A stretch of 64,000 bases of DNA from Pirellulales bacterium (GTDB lineage Bacteria > Planctomycetota > Planctomycetia > Pirellulales > PNKZ01). Position 1 is the stretch's first letter. Each line of letters starts with the position of its first letter. Both the position numbers and the translations under genes were made by a program. This document shows, piece after piece, positions 27,048-36,147 of this stretch. Location of the stretch: NCBI GenBank assembly GCA_036272935.1, contig DATAXP010000009.1, forward strand, positions 6,876-70,875, read 5' to 3'. The notes below the pieces were generated by a model. That model saw only the letters and a list, made by a program, of their open reading frames with translations. It was not told where the DNA came from and ran no database searches.

Positions 27048-30000
27048 ATGGTCGGCCGTGTGATCTGCCGTGCCTGTGCATGGTTCGCTCTGGCGTCGCT
27101 CGCCCAGGGGGCTGAAACCTCGAAGCCCAGCGACTCGGCCGCCAAACCGGTCGACTTCGCCCGCGATATCCAGCCGCTCTTGGCCAAGCGCTGCTACTCA
27201 TGCCACGGCCCGGAACAGGCAGAGGCCAGCCTGCGACTGGATCGTAAGGCCGACGCCCTCCGCGGCGGCAACAGCGGCCCCGCCTTTGTGCCCGGCCACA
27301 GCGCCGACAGCCGGCTGGTGAAGTTCGTCGCCGGCACCAGCGACGACGACATGATCATGCCGCCGGAAGGCGAACGATTGTCGACGACCGAAGTGGCGAT
27401 GATCCGCACCTGGATCGATTCAGGCGCCACCTGGCCGGAAGAACCGGTCACCGCACGCACCAGCACTCACTGGGCGTTTCGGCCGATCAAGAATTGCAAG
27501 CCGCCCGATGTCGCGGCAACCCGGCGCGTGCGCAACGGCATCGACCGCTTTGTGTTGGCAAAGCTGGCCGCCAAGGGCATTCATCCCTCGCCCGAAGCCA
27601 ACCGCGCGACGCTCATCCGCCGCTTGAGCCTCGATCTGCTCGGCCTGCCGCCGACACCGGCCGAGGTCGACGACTTTGTGAACGACCGCAGCCGCGATGC
27701 CTACGATCGGCTGGTCGATCGGCTGCTTGCCTCGCCTCATTACGGCGAACGCTGGGCCCGGCACTGGCTTGACCTGGCCCGCTATGCCGACAGCGACGGC
27801 TACGAAAAGGACACCGGCCGGCCCCACGCCTGGCGGTATCGCCAATGGGTAATCGACGCACTGAACCGCGATCTGCCGTTCGACCAGTTCACGATCGAGC
27901 AACTCGCCGGCGACCTGCTGCCCGGGGCGACCGTCGAGCAACGCGTGGCCACCGGCTTTCACCGCAACACGCTCACGAACCGTGAAGGGGGCGTCGATCA
28001 GGAGCAGTTCCGCGTCGCGGCCACGGTCGATCGCGTGAACACCACCGGCACCGTGTGGCTGGGACTCACGGTCGGCTGCGCCCAGTGCCACACGCACAAG
28101 TACGACCCCATCTTGCAGCGCGAATACTACGGCCTATTCGCGTTCTTCAACTCGCTGCAAGAAACCGAGACGCCGGCCCCGTTGCCCGCGCAGCTCGAAC
28201 AGTACCAGCAAGAGAAAAGGGCGTTCGATGCCGAACACGCAAAACTCACGACGGCGGTGAAACAATTCGAGGCTGATCGCCTGCCCGACCGCCTCGCCGC
28301 TTGGGAGCGACGGCTGAAACTGCCCGAACAGACTGAATGGGAGGCGCTCGACCCTCGGACGATGACCGGCATGGGGGGCGGCAAGCGCGCGACGTTGACA
28401 CACCTTGGCTCGGGTGTTGTGGCCGTTGCCGGCGACAATCCTCCGGCCGACAATTACACCCTTACCGCCGAGCCGTTGCTGCGCACGATCACCGCCTTGC
28501 GGCTCGAAGTGCTGGCCGATCCTGAACTGCCGGGTCATGGTCCGGGCCGATCGGCAAACGGAAACTTCGTCCTCACCGAGCTGCGCGCCTTCAAAGTCGC
28601 GCCGGCTTCCAAGAAGAAAGAATCGCGGCAAACGGCCGTCGCCATTCGCACGGGCTACTCGGATGTCGCTCAGCAGGGCTTCCCGCTGCAAGAGGCCTTC
28701 GACGGCAAGCTGACCAGCGGCGGCTGGGCGATCGCGCCGGCAACCGGACGCGACCACGTCGCCGTGTTCGAATTCACCAAGCCGATCGTTCTCAACGATC
28801 GCGACGAATTGTCGATCGTTCTCAGTCAGCAATACAAGGGCGAGCATACGCTGGGCCGGTTCCGGCTGAGCGTCACGAACGCCGCGACGCCGGTGCGGGC
28901 CCAAGGCGCCGGGCCGAACATCGCCGACATTCTCGATAAACCCGCAGAGCAGCGCACCGCCGCCGAGCAAGCGATCGTCACCGCCTACTATCGCAAGCTC
29001 GATCCTGAGCTGTCGAAGCTCGACCTGGCGGTGTCGGACCATGCCCGTCGGGCGCCGATTGATCCCCAGCAGACCGTCAAGGCACAGACACTCAATGACC
29101 TCAAAGCGCCGCGCGAGACGCACGTGCTGGTGCGCGGCGACTTCCTGCGGCCCGGCGCCAAAGTCGATCCGCATACGCTCGAAGTGCTCAACCCGCTGAA
29201 GCCCTCCGGCACGCAACCCACTCGGCTCGACCTGGCCCATTGGCTCATCGATCCCAAGAATCCGCTGACCGCCCGCGTGACGGTCAACCGCATCTGGGCG
29301 ACGTATTTCGGCCGCGGCCTGGTGCCGACCGTCGATGACTTCGGCACGCAAGGGGACAAGCCGTCGCATCCCGAGCTGCTCGATTGGCTGGCGGCAAACT
29401 TCATTCGTGGGGTTGAGGATCGAGGCCTCAGGACTAAAGATGCTTCAAACCAGCCCCCAGTCCCCAGCCCCCAGTCCCCGGCCTCTTGGGGCCTCAAGGC
29501 CCTGCACAAGCTGATCGTCACCAGTGCCACCTATCGGCAGGCATCGCATTACCGGGCCGACTTGGCCGAGCGCGATCCGTTGAACACGCTCTTGGCGCGT
29601 CAGCGCCGGCTGCGCGTCGAGGCCGAGGTGGTGCGCGATCTTTCGTTGGCTGCGAGCGGGCTGCTCGACGAGCGCGTGGGTGGCGAAAGCGTCCGGCCGC
29701 GCCAGCCCCAGGGAATCGCCGAGCTGACCTACGCCGGCGTCGGCAAATGGATCGAGAGCACCGGCAGCGACCGCTACCGCCGCGGCCTGTATACCTGGTT
29801 CCAGCGCACGGCGCCGTACCCGATGTTGATGACGTTCGACGCCCCCGATTCGAACGTCACCTGCGCCCGCCGCGAACGCTCGAACACGCCGCTGCAAGCG
29901 CTCACGCTGTTGAACGATCCCGTGTTCTTCGAGTGTGCTCAATCGCTCGCTCGGCGGATCGTGCGCGAATCGCCGCAGGCGGATGATCCCGCCGCGACGC

Positions 30001-30245
30001 GCGATGCGCGGCTGCGCTACGCCATGAAGCTGTGCGTGGCCCGCGATCCCAGTGCTGCCGAGTTGGGCACGCTGCGCAGCTTGCTCGACGAACAGCGGCA
30101 ACTGATGCTGGCTGACGAGAACGCCGCGAAAGAAGTGATCGGCAGCGAGCCGGCGCCTGAGGGTATCGGTGCCGACGAACTGGCCGCGTGGATCATCGTT
30201 GGCCGCACACTCATGAACCTCGATGAATTCATCACGCGAGAGTGA
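27048..30245 (+). CDS. Planctomycete cytochrome c / DUF1549 / DUF1553 (PSD1) protein
   Basis: CYSCH haem motif, MPP, HWAF, LIRRLSLDLLGLPPT, YGERWARHWLD.ARYADS, CAQCHTHKYDP, PSHPELLDWLA, NTPLQAL.LLN. Confidence 0.92.
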   Translation: MVGRVICRACAWFALASLAQGAETSKPSDSAAKPVDFARDIQPLLAKRCYSCHGPEQAEASLRLDRKADALRGGNSGPAFVPGHSADSRLVKFVAGTSDDDMIMPPEGERLSTTEVAMIRTWIDSGATWPEEPVTARTSTHWAFRPIKNCKPPDVAATRRVRNGIDRFVLAKLAAKGIHPSPEANRATLIRRLSLDLLGLPPTPAEVDDFVNDRSRDAYDRLVDRLLASPHYGERWARHWLDLARYADSDGYEKDTGRPHAWRYRQWVIDALNRDLPFDQFTIEQLAGDLLPGATVEQRVATGFHRNTLTNREGGVDQEQFRVAATVDRVNTTGTVWLGLTVGCAQCHTHKYDPILQREYYGLFAFFNSLQETETPAPLPAQLEQYQQEKRAFDAEHAKLTTAVKQFEADRLPDRLAAWERRLKLPEQTEWEALDPRTMTGMGGGKRATLTHLGSGVVAVAGDNPPADNYTLTAEPLLRTITALRLEVLADPELPGHGPGRSANGNFVLTELRAFKVAPASKKKESRQTAVAIRTGYSDVAQQGFPLQEAFDGKLTSGGWAIAPATGRDHVAVFEFTKPIVLNDRDELSIVLSQQYKGEHTLGRFRLSVTNAATPVRAQGAGPNIADILDKPAEQRTAAEQAIVTAYYRKLDPELSKLDLAVSDHARRAPIDPQQTVKAQTLNDLKAPRETHVLVRGDFLRPGAKVDPHTLEVLNPLKPSGTQPTRLDLAHWLIDPKNPLTARVTVNRIWATYFGRGLVPTVDDFGTQGDKPSHPELLDWLAANFIRGVEDRGLRTKDASNQPPVPSPQSPASWGLKALHKLIVTSATYRQASHYRADLAERDPLNTLLARQRRLRVEAEVVRDLSLAASGLLDERVGGESVRPRQPQGIAELTYAGVGKWIESTGSDRYRRGLYTWFQRTAPYPMLMTFDAPDSNVTCARRERSNTPLQALTLLNDPVFFECAQSLARRIVRESPQADDPAATRDARLRYAMKLCVARDPSAAELGTLRSLLDEQRQLMLADENAAKEVIGSEPAPEGIGADELAAWIIVGRTLMNLDEFITRE
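29408..29485. repeat. Heptamer (STRR-like) repeat inserted in frame in the PSD1 gene
   Basis: CAGCCCC-CAGTCCC-CAGCCCC-CAGTCCC-CGGCCTC at 29451-29485, preceded by a degenerate complementary arm. Confidence 0.65.
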
Positions 30246-30249
30246 TCTC

Positions 30250-31749
30250 ATGGACCCACGTCACGCGATCCTGCAGCGCGCTCGGCGCAATTTCCTGGCC
30301 ACGTGCTCCAGCGGCATCGGCGGTCTGGCGCTGGCGTCGTTGCTGAAGGACGACGGTCTGCTGGCGGCCGAAGCGACCACCCCGGCCGCGGCGCTCGGCG
30401 ACAATTCGCTCGCCCCGCGGCCGCCGCATTTCGCTCCCAAAGCCAAGGCCTGCATCTTCATCTTTCTCGAAGGTGCCCCCAGCCAGCTCGATCTGTTCGA
30501 TCCCAAGCCGAAGCTCAACGAGCTGAACGGCCAGGCTCTGCCCGAGAGCATGACCAAGAACGTGCGCTTCGCCTTCATCCAGAAGGAAACCGCCGTGCTG
30601 CTCGGCTCGCCGCGCAAGTTCCAGAAGTACGGCGACGGCGACGCCGATGTTTCCGACCTGCTGCCGAACATCGCCACCTGCGCCAACGACATCGCCTTGA
30701 TCCGTTCGATGCACACCGAGGCGTTTAACCACCATCCCGGCCAGTTGATGATGAACACTGGCGTGCCGATGTTCGGCCGCCCCAGCATGGGCTCGTGGCT
30801 GAACTACGGCCTGGGGAGCGCCTCGAACAGCCTGCCCGGTTACGTGGTGCTCACCGCCGGGCGCGGCACCAGCGGCGGCGCCAGCCTGTGGTCGAGCGGC
30901 TTCCTGCCGAGCACCTATCAAGGGGTGCTATTCCGCAACACCGGCGAACCGGTGCTGAATCTGAACAATCCGGCAGGCGTGTCGCAGGCGGTGCAGCGCA
31001 ACAGCCTCGACGCGCTCGAGCGCTTGAACCACGAACATCTCGACGACCTGGCCGATCCTGAAATCGCCTCGCGGATCAGCGCCTACGAACTGGCCTTCCG
31101 CATGCAGTCGGCCGCGCCGGAGCTGATCGACCTGGGGAGCGAAACGCAGGCCACGCGCGATGCCTACGGCGTCGAACGCGGCGACGACGAGAGCAAGGGC
31201 TTCAAGCGCGGCGGCCAGCCTGGAGTGTATGCGGGTTTTGCAAAGAACTGTCTCTTGGCCCGCCGGCTGGTCGAGCGCGGCGTGCGCTTCGTGAACTTGT
31301 ATCATGCTTCATGGGACCATCACAGCAATCTCGACGCCGAGTTGAAATTCAACTGCGGCATGGCCGATCAACCGGTCGCGGCGCTCATCAAAGATTTGAA
31401 GCAGCGCGGCCTGCTGGATACGACGCTGGTGGTGTGGGCCGGCGAGTTCGGCCGCACGCCGCTGGGAGAGAACCGCAAGGGATACGCCAAGGTCACCGGC
31501 CGCGACCACCATCCGTTCGCGTTCAGCCTGTGGATGGCCGGCGGCGGCATCAGGGGGGGGCAGGTGATCGGCAAGACCGACGACATCGGCTGGAACATCG
31601 TCGAAGACCCGATCCACATCAACGACCTGCACGCCACGATGCTGCACCTGTTCGGCCTCGACCACTTGAAGTTGACCTACAAGTTCCAAGGCCGCAACTT
31701 CCGCCTAACCGACGTGGCCGGCAAAGTGGTGAACCGGCTGATCGCGTAG
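30250..31749 (+). CDS. DUF1501 domain protein (Tat signal)
   Basis: RRNFL Tat-like motif, GAPSQLDLFDPKP, RPSMGSW..YGLG, LLARRLVERGVRFV, GEFGRTP, GRDHHP. Confidence 0.92.
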   Translation: MDPRHAILQRARRNFLATCSSGIGGLALASLLKDDGLLAAEATTPAAALGDNSLAPRPPHFAPKAKACIFIFLEGAPSQLDLFDPKPKLNELNGQALPESMTKNVRFAFIQKETAVLLGSPRKFQKYGDGDADVSDLLPNIATCANDIALIRSMHTEAFNHHPGQLMMNTGVPMFGRPSMGSWLNYGLGSASNSLPGYVVLTAGRGTSGGASLWSSGFLPSTYQGVLFRNTGEPVLNLNNPAGVSQAVQRNSLDALERLNHEHLDDLADPEIASRISAYELAFRMQSAAPELIDLGSETQATRDAYGVERGDDESKGFKRGGQPGVYAGFAKNCLLARRLVERGVRFVNLYHASWDHHSNLDAELKFNCGMADQPVAALIKDLKQRGLLDTTLVVWAGEFGRTPLGENRKGYAKVTGRDHHPFAFSLWMAGGGIRGGQVIGKTDDIGWNIVEDPIHINDLHATMLHLFGLDHLKLTYKFQGRNFRLTDVAGKVVNRLIA

Positions 31750-31821
31750 CGTGCAGAACACCAGCCCGATGCGCAGCAAGGGAATTTGGTACCCGCTTCT
31801 CCCGCGCTTGCACGTCATTCA

Positions 31822-31887
31822 GTGAGCCGCAACGCGCTAGCGTGCGGGTTTATTCACCCAACCCGCGGCGAGCGCCTTGCGGCTCAC
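31822..31887. repeat. REP-like palindrome between convergent genes
   Basis: GTGAGCCGCAA...TTGCGGCTCAC arms with further imperfect pairing. Confidence 0.6.
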
Positions 31888-31897
31888 CGACATCCCG

Positions 31898-33076
31898 TTA
31901 CAGCCACCCTCGTCGCCGGAACCAGGCGATCATGCCGCCGGCCGTGAGTGCGCAGACCAGCCAGAACATCGGATAGGCCCACGGCCAACGGTTCTCGGGG
32001 ATCTGCATGTTCATGCCGTACACGCCGGCCAGGAACGTCAGCGGAATGAAGATCGTGCCCATCACCGTGAGCACCTTCATGATCTCGTTGGCACGGATCG
32101 ACAGGGCCGACATGTACGTCTCGGTGAGGCTGTTGGCGAACTCGCGGTAGGTTTCGATCAGGTCGATCATCTGGATGCAGTGGTCGTACACGTCGCGCAG
32201 GTAGGTGCGCGTTTCGTCGCACATGCACTCGTGCGGCTCGCGCTGCAGGGCGTGGATCACTTCGCGCATCGGCCAAACGGCGCGGCGCATCACTAGCAGC
32301 TCGCGCTTGACGGTGTGAATCTCCTCGAGCAGCTCGTGCCGCGAGCGGGCCAGCACGGCGTCTTCCAGGTCTTCCAGGCAGTCGGAGTAGTATTCGAGGA
32401 TCGGAAAGCATTGGTCGACGATCGCGTCCAGCAGCGTGTACAGCAGGAAGCTCGCGTCGTTCTGCCGCAACCGCGAGCCGCCCGTCGCGATCCGCTGCCG
32501 CACCGGCTGCCACAAGTCGCCGGGCGATTCCTGAAAGGTGATCAGCGTGCTGTGGCCGAGGAAAAAACTGATCTGCTCGCTGTGCAGCCGCTGGCCGACG
32601 AGCATCATCATCCGGGCCACGATGAACAGCCGCGCCTGGTGCTCGCTGGTACTGCAATAGTCTTCGACCTTCGGCCGCTGCGGAACCTGTAACACGTCCT
32701 CGATCGCCAGCGGATGCAGATCGTACTTCTTCGCCAGGGCATGGATCACGGTCATGTCGGTCAGACCGTCGACATTAATCCACCGCACCGCCGCCCACGG
32801 CGGACGATGATGCACGAGAAACGATTCCAAGTCCTCGACTCGCTGCGTTTGCGTCTGGTCGGGCGAGTAATCGGTGCAATCGACGGTGACGTTCGCCGTC
32901 GTGCTGTGGCGCTCGCTCAGCTCGTGATGCTCGATTCCCCCGGCGGCCCCCGGCGTCGAATCTTGAGCCTTGGGCAGTCGCGTCTCGGCCGATAGTTGCC
33001 CGTCCGCGGCGCCGTTGCCGCGCAGCAAGCCGCGCATCTTTTCGCGCCAGGCGCGATCGATCGACTGTTCGTGCAT
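31898..33076 (-). CDS. corA: Magnesium/cobalt transporter CorA
   Basis: WINVDGL, LHPLAIED..QRPKVE, NEIMKVLT..IFIPLTFLAGVYGMN; start uncertain. Confidence 0.93.
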   Translation of the reverse strand: MHEQSIDRAWREKMRGLLRGNGAADGQLSAETRLPKAQDSTPGAAGGIEHHELSERHSTTANVTVDCTDYSPDQTQTQRVEDLESFLVHHRPPWAAVRWINVDGLTDMTVIHALAKKYDLHPLAIEDVLQVPQRPKVEDYCSTSEHQARLFIVARMMMLVGQRLHSEQISFFLGHSTLITFQESPGDLWQPVRQRIATGGSRLRQNDASFLLYTLLDAIVDQCFPILEYYSDCLEDLEDAVLARSRHELLEEIHTVKRELLVMRRAVWPMREVIHALQREPHECMCDETRTYLRDVYDHCIQMIDLIETYREFANSLTETYMSALSIRANEIMKVLTVMGTIFIPLTFLAGVYGMNMQIPENRWPWAYPMFWLVCALTAGGMIAWFRRRGWL

Positions 33077-33127
33077 GCCGACGATTATAATGCGCCCGTC
33101 CCGCGGCACGCACCGAAGGAATGACGA

Positions 33128-36082
33128 ATGTTCTGGCCCACTCACACACCGTTACGGCTGTTGCTGGCCCTGCTGCTGCTTGCCTCTTCGCGGGTATTAT
33201 CGGCCGCCGACGAGCAGCTTGTCCCGCTCAAGTACCGGAACCCCGGGCTGGTCGTCGATCTGGGCGTGGGCCTGTGGGCCTGGCCGCTGCCGATCGATTT
33301 CGATGGCGACGGCGATCTGGACCTGGTGGTGAGCTGCCCCGACAAGCCGAGCAACGGTGCCTATCTGTTCGAGAATCCCGGGAGCGGTAGCGCTGGTAGT
33401 AGCGGCTCGACGAAGATGCCGGTGTTCAAGCCCGGTCGGCGCATCAGCAAGGGGCTCACAAACGTCAGCCCGTCGTATGTCGAGGGGCGAGTGCACGTGC
33501 TCAGCCCCGGCAACGAGTATCCCGACTTTTTGCGCACTGCGCTCGACGAGCCACAGAAGCTTCCGCTACCGGCGAACATCCATCCCAACAAGGTGCGGGC
33601 GAACCAATGGAAGTATGTCGATTTCGATGGCGACGGTCGGCTTGATCTGATCGTCGGCGTCGGCGACTGGACCGACTACGGCTGGGACGACGCGTTCGAC
33701 GCCCAAGGTCGCTGGACGCGCGGACCACTGCACGGCTTCGTCTATCTGCTGCGCAACAAGGGCACTGGCGACGCGCCGACTTACGCCGAGCCGCGGAAGA
33801 TCGAAGCCGATGGCCGAGCCGTCGACGTGTTCGGCATGCCTTCGCCGAGTGTTTGCGATTTCGACGGCGACGGCGATCTCGACTTACTATGCGGCGAGTT
33901 CCTCGATGGCTTCACGTACTTCCAGAACATCGGCGCTCGCACCGAGCCGAAGTACGCCGCAGGCAAGCGCCTTGCGCACAACGGCAAGCCGTTGGTGATG
34001 GACCTGGAGATGATCGTACCCGTGACGATCGACTGGGACGGCGACGGCGACCAGGACCTGATCGTCGGCGACGAGGACGGCCGCGTCGCCTTCGTCGAGC
34101 ACACCGGCCGTGTGGTCGACGGTATGCCGCAGTTCTTGCCGCCGCGCTACTTTCAGCAGGAAGCGGCCGACTTGAAGTGCGGCGCGCTGGCGACTCCCGT
34201 TGGCGTCGATTTCGACAACGACGGCGATTGGGACATCGTCAGCGGCAACTCGGCCGGCTGCATCGAGTGGTTCGAGAACGTCAGCGGCTCGAAAGTCGAG
34301 CAGCCGCGCTGGGCCGCGCCGGTGAAGCTTGAGGCCGACGGGCGCGGGATCCGCATCCAGGCTGGACCCAACGGCTCGATCCAAGGACCCGCTGAGGCGA
34401 AGTGGGGTTACACCACGCTCTCGGTTGCTGATTGGGACGCCGACGGCCTACATGATCTGATCGTCAATTCGATCTGGGGCAAAGTTGTGTGGTATCGGAA
34501 CATCGGCGAGCGCGGCAAGCCACGGTTCGCCGCCGAGCAGGCGATCGAGGTCGTGTGGGACAGCCCGACGCCGAAACCGGCTTGGACCTGGTGGCAACCG
34601 TCGGCCCATGAGTTGGCGACCGAGTGGCGCACAACGCCGGTCGTGCGCGACATCACCGGCGACGGTCTGGCCGACCTGGTGATGCTGGACCATGAAGGCT
34701 ATCTCGCATTGTTTCAGCGGACGAAGCGGGACGGCAAGCTGGTTTTGCTTCCCGGAAGGCGTGTCTTCAAGAACGAAAAAGGGGAAGCACTGCAACTCAA
34801 CGCTGCCCGCGCGGGCAAGAGCGGGCGACGCAAATTGTGCCTGGTCGATTGGGACGACGACGGCAAACTCGACGTGCTCAAGGACAGCCGCAACGTGCAG
34901 TGGCTGCGCAATGTCGCCGATAGGCCGGGCGAGTTTGTCTTGCGCGACATGGGCGATCTCGATTCGCTGCAATTGGCCGGACACGACACCAGCCCGACGT
35001 CCGTCGACTTCAATGGCGATGGCGCTGCCGATCTGCTGGTCGGCGCCGAAGACGGCCGTATGTACTACAAGCGCAATCCGCGCGCGGCCGACGACGGGAA
35101 GGCGATCGTTGCGCGCGAGTTCATCTTCGAGGAGGCGCCGTTCGCACAGTGCCACGCCTCGACGATCGTGGAAACTTCGCGCGGCCTGGTGGCGGCATGG
35201 TTCGGCGGCACACGCGAAGGCCACAAGGACGTAGGCATTTGGCTCTCGCGCGAAGAGCAGGGCAAGTGGACCGCGCCGATGGAAGTGGCCAACGGCATCG
35301 TCTCGCCCGAGAAACGCTATCCGTGCTGGAACCCGGTGCTGTTTCAGCCGCGCTCGGGTCCGCTGATGTTGTTCTACAAAATGGGCTCCGGGCCACAGCC
35401 GTGGTGGGGCACGCTCATCACCAGCGACGACGCGGGGCGCACGTGGTCGCCGCCGCGCCGCCTGCCGGAAGGCTTTTGGGGGCCGATCAAGAACAAGCCG
35501 GTGCAGTTGGCCGACGGCAGCGTGCTTTGCCCGTCCAGCACCGAATCGCGCGAGAAGCCGAGCAAATGGCGCGTACATTTCGAGCGTACCGATGAGCGTG
35601 CAGCGTCGTGGCAGCGCATCGTTCCCAGCGACGATACCTCGACGACCGGTGGCAAACCGCTCGATGCGATCCAGCCGAGCATCCTGCGTTACGGAGAGAA
35701 GCGCTTGCAGGCCGTCGGCCGCACCCGGCAGGGCAAAGTTTTTCAGACCTGGTCGGAAGATGATGGGAAATCGTGGGGACCACTGTCGACGCTCGATCTG
35801 CCGAATCCCAATGCGGGGACCGACGCCGTGACCCTTGCCGATGGCCGACAACTGCTGGTCTACAATCACACCACGCTGGGACGTACGCCGCTGAACGTCG
35901 CGGTTTCCGCTGATGGCAAGAATTGGCACATGGCACTCGTGCAGGAAAGCGGGCTCGGCGAGTTCAGTTATCCGGCGGTGATCCAGTCGTCCGATGGCCT
36001 GGTGCACATCACCTACACTTGGCGGCGCGAGCGTGTGCGGCACGTGGTGGTCGATCCGCGACATCTTCCGGCGGCGCCCTAG
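33128..36082 (+). CDS. Secreted FG-GAP/VCBS-repeat protein fused to a BNR/Asp-box exo-alpha-sialidase-like domain
   Basis: Signal peptide; many DxDGDGxxDL repeats; CHAST, AWFGG..EG, WNPVL, SDDAGRTW, GPIKNKP, NPNAG, SYP. Confidence 0.85.
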   Translation: MFWPTHTPLRLLLALLLLASSRVLSAADEQLVPLKYRNPGLVVDLGVGLWAWPLPIDFDGDGDLDLVVSCPDKPSNGAYLFENPGSGSAGSSGSTKMPVFKPGRRISKGLTNVSPSYVEGRVHVLSPGNEYPDFLRTALDEPQKLPLPANIHPNKVRANQWKYVDFDGDGRLDLIVGVGDWTDYGWDDAFDAQGRWTRGPLHGFVYLLRNKGTGDAPTYAEPRKIEADGRAVDVFGMPSPSVCDFDGDGDLDLLCGEFLDGFTYFQNIGARTEPKYAAGKRLAHNGKPLVMDLEMIVPVTIDWDGDGDQDLIVGDEDGRVAFVEHTGRVVDGMPQFLPPRYFQQEAADLKCGALATPVGVDFDNDGDWDIVSGNSAGCIEWFENVSGSKVEQPRWAAPVKLEADGRGIRIQAGPNGSIQGPAEAKWGYTTLSVADWDADGLHDLIVNSIWGKVVWYRNIGERGKPRFAAEQAIEVVWDSPTPKPAWTWWQPSAHELATEWRTTPVVRDITGDGLADLVMLDHEGYLALFQRTKRDGKLVLLPGRRVFKNEKGEALQLNAARAGKSGRRKLCLVDWDDDGKLDVLKDSRNVQWLRNVADRPGEFVLRDMGDLDSLQLAGHDTSPTSVDFNGDGAADLLVGAEDGRMYYKRNPRAADDGKAIVAREFIFEEAPFAQCHASTIVETSRGLVAAWFGGTREGHKDVGIWLSREEQGKWTAPMEVANGIVSPEKRYPCWNPVLFQPRSGPLMLFYKMGSGPQPWWGTLITSDDAGRTWSPPRRLPEGFWGPIKNKPVQLADGSVLCPSSTESREKPSKWRVHFERTDERAASWQRIVPSDDTSTTGGKPLDAIQPSILRYGEKRLQAVGRTRQGKVFQTWSEDDGKSWGPLSTLDLPNPNAGTDAVTLADGRQLLVYNHTTLGRTPLNVAVSADGKNWHMALVQESGLGEFSYPAVIQSSDGLVHITYTWRRERVRHVVVDPRHLPAAP

Positions 36083-36147
36083 CGAACCCCCACATGCGAG
36101 GGTACAGTGCGCAGAACGCATCTCGTGGCTCTCGCCGGCGCGCCGAC

